DNA of 64,000 bases from NCBI GenBank assembly GCA_951406725.2, contig OX597816.1, forward strand, positions 71,548,001 to 71,612,000. The letters are read 5' to 3'. Each line of letters starts with the position of its first letter. Position 1 is the first letter of the stretch. Position numbers and translations under genes: made by a program. Source of the DNA: Octopus vulgaris. Its lineage: Eukaryota. Below are positions 26,490 to 40,560 of the stretch, piece after piece. Under the pieces are notes generated by a model. That model saw only the letters and a program-made list of their open reading frames with translations. It had not been told where the DNA came from and searched no databases.

Positions 26490-27437
26490 TCTCAATGTGG
26501 AGGCTGTAGTAAACACCCAGAATGACAGGATTTTGGTCACACGGTCAGATGCTGTTCCTGAAGGCACCTGTAAGACGTTTTGCAGAATGAAACCCACTGG
26601 GGTGATGATTTGGGCAGCAGTGTCATCCAATGGTGGAAAATCCTCTCAGGTATTCATTAAAGAGAGGATGAAGGTCAATTTGGCAATTTAAATGAAAATG
26701 TTGGAGAATAATGTTTATCCATGGGTGACTGAAGCATTTGGAGATAATTATGTGTTCATGTAAGATGGCGCTCCTGGTCATATGTCCAATGTGACACAAC
26801 AGTGGTGCAGGAACCATTTCAGTGGGTTCTGGGACAAGAATGTGCCCCGCCCCACTCTAGCCCTGACATCAACTTTATGGACTTTGCTATTTGGTCTATT
26901 CTAGAAAGTGACATTTCAGGAGTTTCCAACAAAAATATCACTGCTCTGAAGAAAGCCTTACATCATGGGGTCATTTAAGTGAAGGAGTCATCTGGCTTTT
27001 GTGTAACTCTGTTTCAGCCATCTTTAGGCTATTGTGAAAGCTAAAGGTGGACATGTTGAATGAAATGTAGCTTGATATGTTACATCATCATCATCATCAT
27101 TTAACGTCCGCTTTCCATGCTAGCATGGGTTGAACAACTTGACTGAGGTCTGGTTAACCAGATGGCTGCACCAGGCTCCAGTCTTGATCTGGCAGAGTTT
27201 CTACAGCTGGATGCCCTTCCTAATGCCAACCGCTCCGAGAGTATAGTGGGTGCTTTTACGTACCACCAGCACAAAGGCCAGTCAGGCGGTACTGGCAACG
27301 GCCATGCTCAAATGGTGCTTTTTATGTGCCACTTGCACAGTTCTTTAATTAAATCCTAAAGAACTCATGTGTTTTTATGCCCTTTACTAAAAATCATGAC
27401 CAAAAATCAATCAGGAATTCTTTACGGTGCACCCTCT
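26490..27437 (+). mobile_element. Tc1/mariner superfamily (DD37D/maT-like) transposon relic
   Basis: NTQNDRI...GVMIWAAVSSNG...FM*DGAPGH...SPDINFMDFAIW...GGHVE*; catalytic D-D spacing ~116 nt with a frameshift; interrupted by a LINE-tail copy at 27083-27340. Confidence 0.85.
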
Positions 27438-28001
27438 ACCAGACTCATTGATGGATATAAGCACTGCAGTTAATTTATTCAACTGAACACCTTCAAGGTG
27501 CTGTACCAGCATGGCTACAGTCCAATAACACAGACACGAAAGGTATATTCAAACACACACAAATAACACAGACAAAACACACACATACACAAAACAACTG
27601 TATTAAAAACAAAAACAAAAATATCTAATATATATAATTTCACCATATCAAAACAAATACTAGAACTATGTCGTGTGTGTGTGCGTGTCAAATGAACAAA
27701 AAAGCTTGTATTTCACTTCCTGTCTTACAACTTGCGAACAAGAATTGAAAGACGGACACATTTCATTTTAATTATAAGTGGTTATAATTAAATATGTTGC
27801 ATAAATACAAACTTGAATTACAGATGTGCAGGTTGTTGCTGGTATTTGTAAGCTGCAAGGCAGAGTTGAATGAGCAAACCTATGTCTGATCAAAACCATT
27901 TCAACCATTACCATCCCATCTTGTAATCTTTTTGCTTCAGCCAATGAACTGCAGCCATGCTGGAGCATTGTGTCAAAGGGTTTTAGTCAAACAAGTTGAC
28001 T

Positions 28002-28233
28002 AAGGCGGGAAGCTGGCAGAATTGTTAGCACGCCAGGTGAAATGCTTAGTTGTATTTCATCTGCCATTACGTTCTGAGTTCAAATTCCGCCGAGGTCGAC
28101 TTTGCCTTTCATCCTTTCAGAGTCAATAAATTAAGTACCAGTTACGCACTGTGGTCGATGTAATCTACTTAATCCCTTTGTCTGTCCTTATTTGTCCCCT
28201 CTGTGTTTAGCCCATTATGGGCAATAAAGAAAT
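28002..28233 (+). mobile_element. SINE family B with TSD aagttgact
   Basis: aaggcgggaagctggcaga...gagttcaaattcc...aaagaaat. Confidence 0.9.
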
Positions 28234-28754
28234 AAGTTGACTCCAATATTTTAATTTCTTTCTAAAGGCTGATACTTTTTTCATCAGTCAATTTGGCAGG
28301 ACTGTTCAATTACAGAGACATAATCAAAGTAACATCAGTTCTCAGGTGGTGAGGGGGGACAGACATAAACAAAAAGATACACACACACACATGTAGGACA
28401 AGCTTTTCTTGCTTACTGTTTACCAAATCCACTCACAAGGTTTGGGTTGGCCTGGGGCTACAGCAGAAGTCACTTGCCCAAGGTGCAACACAATGGAATT
28501 GAATCTAAAACGATGCAAACTTTTTATCACATAGCTATACCAGCCATATACTGGATAAAATGTCCTTCTTTTCAAGACAGTAAAATATGATGTGAGGGAA
28601 TTTAGCTGTTATGCCTTGCAAAACTTGCAACCACATAGGGAACCTATTGTGGTTGTTATTGTTTAGCTGACCAAAATTTAGCACCTTATTCTCTGATGAC
28701 CTGGCACCTGAGAATATCTTCGATGACCTGACGCCTATTTTTGACACCTTTTCT

Positions 28755-28845
28755 CTGGCGGTCAGACGCCTCTTCCCTGGCGGTCAGACGCCTTTTCCCT
28801 GGCGGTCAGATGCCTCTTCCCTGGCAGTCAGACGCCTCTTCTCAG
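28755..28845. repeat. 22-bp minisatellite (ctggcggtcagacgcctcttcc) x~4
   Basis: Directly visible, with degenerate flanking units. Confidence 0.85.
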
Positions 28846-29725
28846 GTAATCAAGTACCTTTTCTCAGATAGTTAGGTACTTAATCTCAACATCTAGAGGA
28901 AATGAAGCAACATAAAGTACATTGTTTGCCCAGAAATGAAAAACAAAGTAAGTTTGAAATTAAAACCAAAATGTTTTGAGAAAGTTTCTGGGAGTTTATT
29001 CCAAATGAAGTCTAGAATGTGTTTGTCCACAGTGTAGACCTTAGCACTGAGTATTGTGAGGACATGTGCAGGCACAAATACTCTAGCACTTGTAAAGTGA
29101 CAGCTTTTTGTATTGCAGGAAGGTGATAGCCTTATTCTGAGGGCCTTTTTCATACTGTGGTAGAAGCGCTATTGCATGCTGTGGGATTGAACCTGAAACC
29201 ATTCATGATTGTGAATCAAACTTCTTAACCGCATAACCATTAATTAATTAGATTTAAGTCCATTAGTATGAAATTGACCAGAGATGAGAGCTTTTACTCA
29301 GAAATAACAAACATAGGAGTTTCTAACTTTGTTACAATTACAAAGCTCGCTGGTACATATCCTGCTAGCCACTTCAAAAGACATAGTTAGTTGTTAGCTG
29401 TCAGGAAACGAAGTTCCTGTTTCTTGGCAGGAAAGTAGGTTTTTGTTTTCATTTTTTTTTTCTTTTTTTTTTTTCCAAAGCTGTTCAATAGAATAGAGTA
29501 AAGTGATTTCAGAAGAAATACAGTTCCAGAAAACGAATTATGGCAATTTTAATGCTGATCTTAGGCCTCGAGTTACTGACCTCAGTCCCATCCTAGATTT
29601 CTTAAAGTTTCTAATAATATTCCATGAAAAAGAAGTTTTTATTAGTAAGTGGAACAATAGTAATCTTAATGCAAAATTCCTTGAAATTTACTTGTTTATT
29701 GAATACACACACACACACACACACA

Positions 29726-30128
29726 AGGTGCAGGGGTGGCAGTGCGGTAAGTAGCTTGCTTACCAACCACATGGTTCTGGGTTCATTCCCACTGTGTGGC
29801 ACCTTGGGCAAGTGTCTTCTACTATAGCCTCGGGCCGACCAAAGCCTTGTGGTAGAGGGAAACTGAAAGAAGTCCGTCGTATATATGTATATATATGTAT
29901 GTGTGTGTATATGTTTGTGTGTCTATGTTTGTCACCCCAACATCACTTGACAACCGATGTTAGTGTGTTTATGTCCCCGTAACTTAGCGGTTCAGCAAAA
30001 GAGGCCAATAGAATAAGTACTCGGCTTACAAAGAATAAGTCCTGGAGTCGATTTACTTGACTAAAGGTGGTGCTCCAGCATGGCCGCAGTCAAATGACTG
30101 GAACAAGTATAAGAGAGAGTAAAGAGTA
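29726..30128 (+). mobile_element. SINE family A, full length
   Basis: Same structure as 12874-13290. Confidence 0.9.
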
Positions 30129-30276
30129 TACATACACATATAAATACCTGTCTGAGATGTCTAAGAGAGCATAAGTCAGGGAGAAGATGTACTCGTACAT
30201 CTGTCAATAGAGTGAGTATATTATTTGAAATGTATAGTATTATATACCCATCACAGCTGATCTTACTAATTAGAGT

Positions 30277-30552
30277 GGAGGCACATGGCCTACTGGTTAG
30301 AGCAGCAGACTTGCGGTCAAGGGATCATGGGTTCGAATCCCAGACCGGGCAAAACACCTTAGCTCCACGCGGCTCCGGCAGAAGGTAATGGCGAACTTCT
30401 GCTGATTCTTTCGCCACAACTTTCTCTCACTCTTTCCTCCTGCATCTAGCAGCTCACCTGCGGCGGACCAGCGTCCAGTCCAGGTGGGGAACCTATACGC
30501 CAAGGAAACTGGGAAACCAGCTCTTATGAGACAGGCATGGCTCGAGAAGGAA
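30277..30552 (+). mobile_element. tRNA-derived SINE, family C
   Basis: A box tggcctactgg, B box ggttcgaatcc, unique body. Confidence 0.8.
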
Positions 30553-31063
30553 GGATCTTACCAATTGGTTTCAAGCAAAGAATACAATGAAGTGTTAGGC
30601 AACAATCCGATTATATAACCTTATGCTCATCAGAGTTAGCTGATATGGGAGGGAATATGGTGACTGCTCTCTATTGTCAGAGGTGGGTGAACACAACTTG
30701 TGACCAGCTGCTGTGAAAAAGGTGGTGAAGCAAAAAAGGGCCAGGGAATTAGGGCTAGGAGTTATGTCACTTGGTTGAGTATGCTGTAAGTCTGGTAAGA
30801 GTTATCTTGAAGTGTTTGTGGGGAAAGTGTGCATTATTAAGAGTGGTGGTCCTGTGCGGATGGGGTGTGTAATAGGTGTAGTGGTGTCATATGCATGATT
30901 TTTTTGGTGGGGTGTAGGTATATATAGCTGTGTTTGTTGGTCTGTTTTCTTTCTATAAAGGATAAGGTCACGGGGGGGTTTTAAGTTAACAAGTGGTTGT
31001 AATGTGTGTGTGTGTGTGTGGGTACATGTGTGAAGGGGTAAATGTGAATATATATATACATAT

Positions 31064-31297
31064 AAGGCGGCGAGCTGGCAGAGACATTAGCACGCCAGGC
31101 GAAATGCTTAACAGTATTTCGTTTGTCATTACGTTCTGAGTTCAAATTCCGACGAGGTTGACTTTGTCTTTCATCCCTTCGGGGTCGATAAATAAAGTAC
31201 CAGTTTCGCACTGGGGTCGATGTAATCGACTTAATCCTTTTGTCTGTCCTTGTTTGTCCCTTCTATGTTTATCCCCTTGTGGGTAGTAAAGGAAAAA
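31064..31297 (+). mobile_element. SINE family B
   Basis: Full copy aaggcggcgagctggcaga...gggtagtaaagg. Confidence 0.9.
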
Positions 31298-31300
31298 TAT

Positions 31301-31333
<33 letters not shown>

Positions 31334-31585
31334 ATCTTAGAATTAATCTTATTCTAATTGTGGGAGGACCCCTGGTTTTCATCCCCTACATATATGCTTT
31401 CTCATTGGTAATGCCTTCCTGTATATATGCTGAAATGTTTTCGTTTTTCCAAATAAATTGCACTTCATCTTTGAGGCTCTGATGAAACTGTAAGGTGTTA
31501 CTCGAGCACTCAACTATGAGTCCACAATATCTTATAAATGTTGTTATTCGATGCCCCTGTATCAAGTCATACAAAACTTAGAAAG

Positions 31586-31861
31586 CACCACTGCTACCCA
31601 CTAACCTTGATGACCTGAAACATTGGATAACAACAGCGATCAACTCAGTGGATCGGGATATGCTGATATGCGTCTGGGAGAAATTCTCTTATCGTATTGA
31701 TGTTGCCTGTGCTGAAGGTGGTGGCCACACTGAACACTTGTAAGACAGGAAACAAAAGTTGATTGTGAGTAAATACTTGTGACTTAGCTGGAGCTTTCTA
31801 TTGCTTTTCCTTATTAAGATATAGCATAATGAAATTGGTTCATTCTTTTTGAATAACCCTG
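31586..31861 (+). mobile_element. Tc1/mariner-superfamily 3' end (DD37D/DD41D-like C-terminus and TIR)
   Basis: PTNLDDLKHWITTAINSVDRDMLICVWEKFSYRIDVACAEGGGHTEHL*; ends tttttgaataaccctg-TA. Confidence 0.8.
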
Positions 31862-32015
31862 TATATATATCCCTCTCTCTCTCTTTCGGAGAGGCACTGA
31901 GCAGCTATACGCACACATACACACACGGCAGTAACTCCCGCCTACCGAATTCAATCACAAAGCTCCGGTCGGCTCAGGGCTATAGTAGAAGACACCTACC
32001 CAAAGTGCCACGCAG

Positions 32016-32060
<45 letters not shown>

Positions 32061-32125
32061 TTTATATATTTGTTTTGCTAGATTTTTGATGTGAAATCGT
32101 GTGTTGAAACAGATATTCTGAACGC

Positions 32126-32596
32126 CATATTCTGAATGCCTTACTTCCCTGGGCATGGATACATTGAAACTCTGGCAGCTGACTTGGCAGACACCCATAA
32201 AATTATTAACCATCTTACAAACAATGACTCCGAGCACCTTTTCAAACTCCATCTGTCTTCAAACTCCATCTGTCTAACACCCGTGGACATGTCTACAAAG
32301 TCAGAAAACAGCACAGCTCCCATGACTTTCGGAAACATTTTTTCACGCTAAGAGTTGCTGAAGCATGGAACAGACTGCCGGCATCAGTTGTTAGTTGTCG
32401 GAGCACTGCATCCTTCAAAACTTCCATGCTTCCTGAGATTCGCCAACACTACACCTGATTTTCTCCCCTCCATACACATGCAAGCATGTATCTGACTAAT
32501 ACACTGTTCACTTTCCAGACATTTGTACATTACTGCATATACTTTATATGCATTTCTGACAAGTTGTGGTGCACCTGAGCACTGTATACAATAATT

Positions 32597-32638
<42 letters not shown>
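32126..32638 (+). mobile_element. CR1-clade LINE 3' fragment with (ATT)n tail
   Basis: PYSECLTSLG...DLADTHKII...NTRGHVYKV...RKHFFTLRVAEAWNRLPASVV...FK, the typical CR1 ORF2 C-terminus; contains a ~17-bp internal duplication. Confidence 0.85.
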
Positions 32639-32640
<2 letters not shown>

Positions 32641-32861
32641 CTTGGGGATAATTAGTTTTTGCCAGTTAAACACACACACACACACTATATATTTGGTCTT
32701 CAGTGTATCATTATTATTAATATTATTATTTTAGTTTCTTTTTCAAAGCTCTTTCTTCACACATCCTATGACCTCTTCAATGACTTTATCCCATGTGTCT
32801 CCTCATATTCAGTATGTTTACAAGTGAGTATCTTCTCTAAAATATGCATGCGTGTGCATGC

Positions 32862-32895
<34 letters not shown>

Positions 32896-33532
32896 GGTGG
32901 AAAATTTAGCAAAATGACTGTCCTTCTTGAGCTGGTGTTTGGAACAGGGGTTAAAAAGAAATTTTGATGGCAGCTTTTGATTTAGATCACTTTCAAACAG
33001 TCTGTATCATAGAACCAAAGCCAGTTTATGGCAGGTTGATACTAAAACAGTTAAAAGCCATATTTTATACCAAAAGTGCAAGAATAATTTCTAGTTTTGC
33101 AAGGTAGGGTAATTTTTTAAGGTTAGAAGAATCTTAAACGCTAACATATATGGTAGGTTAAAACTATTATAGTAGCTTTATGTTTGGAAAATCATGAAAC
33201 AGCTCCTGACACATAAAGAAAACAAAGACCAGAAGACATAAATCCAAAGTGAAGAATTCTTAGCTCTGACAAACCTCTCAAGATACTTTTATTTTTTTTT
33301 TCTTGCTTTCATTTCTAAATAAAAAAAGAAGTCATGTTTTTGACTAATGCTGCTAAAATATTGATTATTTCTCCCCCAAATATGCTGTATTTGTTTCTTT
33401 TCATCGAAGAAAGCAAGCAAGAGCAATAAAATAATGCGATTATTTTAAGGGAAAAAAAAAAATTACAGGTTCATCAATTAGAATAATATCTGCTAACAAT
33501 CACAACATCAACAAATACTCAGGTTGCTTTTA

Positions 33533-33597
<65 letters not shown>

Positions 33598-33690
33598 TGA
33601 GAGAGAAAGAGAGAGTGAGAAAATGGGGGAGAGAATGAAAGAGCATGTGTATGTGAGAGAGAGAGAATGAGTGCATGTAAGGGAGAGAAT

Positions 33691-33756
<66 letters not shown>

Positions 33757-34062
33757 AGAGAGAGTGAGAAAATGGGAGAGAGAATGAAAGAGTGTGTATA
33801 TGTGAGAGAGAGAGAGAGAGAATGTGTAAATACCTGTGTGTGTGTGCATGCGCATGTGTGTGCACGCGCATGTGTGTGTGTGAGAGAGAGAGAGAGACCG
33901 AGAAAATGAGAGAGAGAATGAAAGAGTGTGTGTATGGTAGGGAGAGAATGAGTGTGTGTGTGAGAGAGTTGCATATGTGAAAAGGAGAGAGAAAGAGAGA
34001 GTGTGTGTGAGAAAAAGAGAGAGAGTGAGAAAAAGAAAGAGAAATTGAGAAAAAGAGACATT

Positions 34063-34107
<45 letters not shown>

Positions 34108-34299
34108 TGTAAATACGTGGGTGTGGGTTCACGTGCATGCACATGTAAGTATAAATATGTGTGTCAGTTAAGTGTGATTATGCATGTGTGTGTGATAGAG
34201 CACTTATAAGTGTTTGTCAGTGTTTGCGTACCTGTGATAATGTATATGTATCACATGTGTGGGAGTGCAATTCTGCATGCATATGTGTGTGTGTGTGTA

Positions 34300-34338
<39 letters not shown>

Positions 34339-34369
34339 AACAGAGACAGACAGAGTGAGAGGGAGGGAG

Positions 34370-34505
34370 TACTTGTAGATCTATGTCACTATACACGAGT
34401 ATATATGTGTGAAACAGCACCTGTAGATGTGTGTGTTTATGTAAACATATTTGTGTGTGTGTGTGTGTGTGTGTGCATATCAGAGAGCACTTGTAGATGT
34501 GAGTC

Positions 34506-34548
<43 letters not shown>

Positions 34549-34612
34549 ATGTGTGTGTTTGTGCATGTGGGCATGTATATGTGTGTGTGCATGTGTACAT
34601 ATGGACGTGTGT

Positions 34613-34656
<44 letters not shown>

Positions 34657-35270
34657 ATATCAGAGGGCACTTGTAGATGTGAGTCTGAATATATATATGT
34701 GTATGTGTTGTGTGTGTTTGTGCATGTGGGCATATGGACGTGTGTGTGTGTATGTGTGTATGTGCATATCAGAGAGCGCTTGTAGATGTGAGTCTGCGTA
34801 TATCTGTGTGTATGTGCGTGTTTGTGCATGTAGGCACGTAAATGTGTGTGTGCATGTGTACATATGGACGTGTGTGTGTGTGCATATCAGAGAGTGCTTG
34901 TACATGTGAGTCTGCATATATATATGTGTGTATGTATTGTGTGTGTTTGTGCATGTGGGCATGTATATGTGCATGTGCATGTGTACATATGGACGTGTGT
35001 GTGTGCATATCAGAGAGCGCTTGTAGATGTGAGTGTGTATATATGTGCGCATGTGTGTGTGCGTGCATGTGGGCATGTATATGTGTGTGTGCATGTGTAC
35101 ATATGGACGTGTGTGTGCATATCAGGGCGCACTTGTAGATGTGAGTCTGCGTATATATGTGTATGTGTGTGTGTTTGTGCATGTGGGCATGTATATATGT
35201 GTGTGCATATATACATATGGACGTGTGTGTGTATGCATATCAAAGAGCACCTGTAGATGTGAGTCTGCGT

Positions 35271-35301
<31 letters not shown>

Positions 35302-35330
35302 CATGTGTACATATGGACGTGTGTGTGTAC
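34370..35330. repeat. Complex minisatellite: conserved core gcatatcagagagcacttgtagatgtgagtctgc with variable TG/TA spacers
   Basis: Seven clear cores (~34474, 34654, 34763, 34882, 35005, 35117, 35235) plus two degenerate ones; second conserved block catatggacg. Confidence 0.9.
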
Positions 35331-36334
35331 ACATCTTTTAATTGAGTAAAACAAGCATGATAGAGAAAAGATTGCATTGAAATAATAGATTTAGGAAGGA
35401 AAATAAATCAGAATTTAAAATCTAAACGTGAAGGGGAAAAAAAAGCTAACAAGCTGAAAAGGAGGAAAAGGAAAAAAAAAACGATACTATAAACATAGGC
35501 TATAGGTGCAACTGTGTGCAGTTAGCTGCAGCAGACCTGCATGCATAAACATATGGTTGCAATTAATGTTCTTAACCACCAGCATGCACAATGTTGCATC
35601 ACATGCATTATAGAAACGCGTTATTTATGAGGATGAGATGTATTTGGAAAATGTTAACATGGATACAGTTTCTTAGATTAAAAACAAAACAAAACAAAAA
35701 AAAAAGAACTTCCAAAGCAACAACAACAAAAACCTTAAAATCTATAAGTGTTTCTGCTAGAAACTGGAGCATGGGATTAGTTTAAAAATAACAAAAGGTG
35801 CATCAATTAGAATTCTACCAGCTAATAACAATAGTAAGAACATTATATAACAGGTTGTGTTATGTGCCTTCTTCATCTGATCAATCGATTTGGCTGTTTG
35901 TACAGCTGTGGAGAGAGAGAGAGAGAGAGACAGAGTGCAAAGTCTAACAACACAACACAAGAAGCAGCAGAGCTGTAGAAAAAGAAGATATTCTTCGATG
36001 ATGTCACAGACGAACATTGATTCTACTGGTGATAGCAAAACAGTGATTCTAAAGGATATATATTATATATTTCTTTATTGCCCACAAGGGGCTAAACATA
36101 GAGGGGACAAACGAGGACAGACAAAGGGACTAAGTCGATTACATTGACCCCAGTGCGAAACTGGTACTTTATTTATCGACCCCTAAAGGATGAAAGGCAA
36201 AGTCGACCTCGGCGGAATTTGAACTCAGAACGTAACGGCAGACGAAATACAGCTACGCATTTCACCCGGCGTGCTAACGTTTCTGCCAGCTCGCCACCTT
36301 CTAGAGGATATATATTATAAAGGAGATAATAATC

Positions 36335-36635
36335 AGTGGAATGGCTGGTAAGGGCGAATGGAGTGCAGTGGTAGGGGCATGTGTTGAGGAGGGATGGGGA
36401 GCATGTTCTGAGGAGGGTGCTAGAGTTTGAGGTAAATAGCCAGCGAAAGTGAGGTAGACCAAGGAGAATGTGGAGGGGACAGGTGGAGGAGGAGATTGGG
36501 AAGCTTGGTTTGAGAAGGGAGGATGCCCAAAACCAAGCAAGATGGTGAGATGGTGTGAGGGCAGTTGCTACGTCATTGAAGTAGATCTGGCCACCCCTGT
36601 TAATGGGGACAAAACCTGGATTCGAAATGATGGAT
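36335..36635 (+). pseudogene. Decayed RTE ORF2 C-terminal fragment
   Basis: LVRANGVQW*GHVLRRDGEHVLRRVLEFEV pattern. Confidence 0.65.
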
Positions 36636-37140
36636 GGATATATGTTGGGTAAATAACAAACTGAAGTGGAAAGCTATTAATAATAATGATAATTAGAATC
36701 CTTTATACTTTAGGCACAAGACCCGAAATTGTTTTTGTGTGTAGGGGTGGAAGCTAATTACATTGATCCCTGTGCTCAACTGGTACTTGTGTTGTTGACC
36801 CTGAAGGGATAAAAAGCAAAGTTGATTTGGAGGAATTTGAACTCAGAATGTAAAGACAAGAAACGGTGCTAAGCATTATGACCTGCACAGTAATGATTCA
36901 TCCAGCTTGCCACCTTGATAATAATAAAAATAATAACAACCCTTTCTACTATCGGTACAAGGCCTGAAATTTTGGGGGAGGGGACCAGTGGATCACATCA
37001 ACTCCACTGTGTAAACTGGTACTTAATTTATCGATTCCGAAAGAATGAAAGGCAAAGTTGATCCCAGCAGAATTTGAACTCAGAACATAAGAACAGATGA
37101 AATGCCTCCAGTGTGCTGATGATTCTACCAGCTCACAGCC

Positions 37141-37186
<46 letters not shown>

Positions 37187-37402
37187 TAATAATCCTTTCT
37201 ACTACAGGTACAAGGCCTGAAATTTTGGGGGAGGGTGACAGTTGATTAAATTGACCCCAGTATACAACTGATACTTAATTTATTGCCCCTGAAAGGATGA
37301 AAGGCAAAGGTGACCTCGGTGGAATTTGATCTCAGAATGTAGGGGCAGGTGAAATACTGCTAAGCATTTCACCCAGCGTGCTAACAATTCTGGCAGCTCA
37401 CC

Positions 37403-37445
<43 letters not shown>

Positions 37446-37448
<3 letters not shown>

Positions 37449-37813
37449 CAAAAGCACTCAGAAAGCGCAAACCTCTGCCAAGGCAACACCAACGTCCTCT
37501 CAACGATTAGTCAGAGACGATTTTTAAAATGAGAATATCTGAAATAAGCTTGACTGCTCTCACAAACGTTAATACTAAAAATGAACCTAACTGCTCTTAA
37601 AAGTTAAGTAAAAAAAACAGGAAAAATAATCCAGAATCCTTGTCTGGTACCAGATCAATTACAAAATCTAATGAATTTATGCGAGACACGAGGCCAAACA
37701 TTCCTGAAAGTTACATCCAAATCCATCCAGCAGTTCTTGAGATATCTTGTCCACAGACAAACAAACAAACACAACTGAAAGCAATACCTCCGCCTTTGCT
37801 AAGGCGGAGGTAA
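37446..37813. mobile_element. Non-autonomous Helentron/HINE (DINE-1-like) element
   Basis: Terminal 12-bp hairpin tacctccgcctt-tgct-aaggcggaggta (37785-37812), sub-terminal IR acctctgccaagg at ~37471, (CAAA)n tract, inserted in (AAT)n. Confidence 0.7.
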
Positions 37814-38756
37814 TAATAACCCTTTCTTCTATGGGCACTAGGCTCGAAATTTTGAGGGAAGATACAAGTTTATTACATTGGTCCCAATGCTCAACTGGTA
37901 CTTATCTTACCAACTCCAAAAGATGAAAGGCAAAGTTGACCTCAGCAACATCTGGATGCAAAATATAAACGATGAACAAAATGCTGCTAAGCATTTTGTC
38001 CAGAGTACTAACAATTCTGCTGACTTGCTGCTTTAATAATAGGAATAACCCTTTTTACTAAAGTCACAAGGCATGAAATTTGCAGGGAGGGGACTAGTTG
38101 ATAACATCGATCCCAGTTATTCACTGGTACTTAATTTATTGACTCCGAAAAGGTGAGAAACAAAGCTGACTTTGGTGGAATTTCCTTGGTGGAATTTGAA
38201 CTCAGAATGTAGTAGCAGACAAAATCTGCTAAGCATTTCACCCTGCAGGCTAATGATTCTGCCAGCTTGCCAGACTTGCTCCCTTAATAATAATAATAAT
38301 AATAATAATGATGATGATAATAATCTTTTCTACTGAAGGCACAAGGCCCAAAATTTTTGGGGAGGTGGCCAGTCAATTAGATCAACCTCAGTATGCAACT
38401 AGTTCTTAATTTATCGACCCTGAAAGGATGAAAGGCAAAGCTGACCTCGGTGGAATTTGATCTCAGAATGTAGTGGCAGACGAAATCTGCTAAACATTTC
38501 ACTCTTCATGCTAACGATTCAGCCAACTTGCCGCTGACTTGCTCCCTTAATAATAATAATAATCATAATGCTTTCTACTATAGGCACAAGGCCTGATATC
38601 TAAGAAGGGGAGACAAGTCAATTACATTGACCCGAGTGCTCAACTACACTTGTTTCCCAAACCCTGATGGGATGAAAGGTAAAGTCAAACCTGACGGTAT
38701 TCAAACTAAGAATGTAAAGATACAGAACAAATATTGCAAGTCATTTTTGCCAATCC

Positions 38757-38803
<47 letters not shown>

Positions 38804-39688
38804 CCTTTCTGCTATAGGCACACGGCCTGGAATTTGTGGGGAATGGGATAGTCTATTACACTGACCCCAGTATTTAACTGGTATTTATTTTATCAACCCT
38901 GAAAGGATGAAAAGCAAAGTCAACCTCCTCAGCAAAATTTGAACTCGAAATGTAAAACCAGACAAAATGTCACTAAGCGTTTTGTCTGGCGTATTAAAGA
39001 TTCAGCCAAGCACAAGGCTAGAAATATGCAGGAGGAGATTTGCAGATTAAATTGATGCCAGTACTTGCATGGTACTTTATTTTATCAGTCCTAGAAGAAT
39101 GAAAAGCAGGGAAAGCAAACTTAACCTTAATGAGTTTAGTGCTCGAAATATAAAGATCCAAAACAAATGCTGGAAGGCATTTTGTCTGATGGTTTAACGA
39201 TCCAGCCAAGCCACCTAGTAATTATTAAACACATACACACACACACACACACACAGATAATTAGATAGCTAGACAGAGAGATAGACAAATGGATATAGTA
39301 CCTCATAAGGTACTTTTTTGAGATACTGTATTTCTATATATGTACATATATATATTAGCTCTCAGCAAACAAAGTTTATTTAAATAGCACTGTTGAATGT
39401 AACAACCTCACTATTTATTCTAAAGAACAAATATTTTAGATCACTTTCACAGCTCAGGTGCACATGTGTATATTTGTATGTGTGTGTGTGTGTATATATG
39501 CTAGTCTATGTAAGTGTGCACAAGAATATGTGTATGAGGGTGCTTATGAATGTATATCTATGACTGTGAGTTTGTGTGTGAGAGACAGAGAAAGTGTGTG
39601 TGTGTGCCTGTGTGCATCATTCTTTTATTTGTTCCAGTCATTTGACTGTGGCCATGCTGAAGCACTGCTTTTAAATTATGAGGTCTCA

Positions 39689-39691
<3 letters not shown>

Positions 39692-39748
<57 letters not shown>

Positions 39749-39757
39749 TATATATAT

Positions 39758-39854
<97 letters not shown>

Positions 39855-39933
39855 CACACACATATATACATACACACATTTATATATATACACATATATA
39901 TATACATATACACATATATATATATATATACAC

Positions 39934-39964
<31 letters not shown>

Positions 39965-40307
39965 CACATATATATATATATATGCACACATATATATATA
40001 TATACACATATATATATATATACACATATATATATATATACACATATATATATATACACACATATATATATATACACATATATATACACATATATATATA
40101 TATATAAATATATATATATACACATATATATATATACACACACATATATATATACACATATATATATATATACACATATATATATATATATACACACATA
40201 TATATATATATACACATATATATATATACACACATATATATATATACACATATATATATATATATATACACACATATATATATATACACATATATATATA
40301 TATACAC

Positions 40308-40339
<32 letters not shown>

Positions 40340-40359
40340 ATATATACATATATATACAC

Positions 40360-40391
<32 letters not shown>

Positions 40392-40523
40392 ATATATATA
40401 CATATATATATACACATATATATATATATATATACACATATATATATATATATATACACATATATATATATATATATATACACATATATATATATATATA
40501 TACACATATATATATATATATAT

Positions 40524-40554
<31 letters not shown>
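39692..40554. repeat. ~860-bp (TA)n/(CA)n microsatellite
   Basis: Directly visible; abuts the LINE tail. Confidence 0.95.

Positions 40555-40560
<6 letters not shown>

Larger units (their letters stand above)
36068..39215 (-). mobile_element. Head-to-tail cluster of ~10 family B SINEs separated by (AAT)n
   Basis: The gaaaggatgaaaggcaaagt core recurs at ~36185, 36800, 37040, 37290, 37920, 38150, 38420, 38670, 38900, 39100, all in one orientation. Confidence 0.9.

Noticed and set aside
30277-30350. tRNA genes (also ~55513 and ~57040-57103)
   Set aside because: A/B boxes are present but acceptor stems are incomplete and each continues into a repeated SINE body.
34370-35330. CRISPR-like repeat-spacer appearance
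   Set aside because: Spacers are related microsatellites of variable length, the context is eukaryotic and there are no cas genes.
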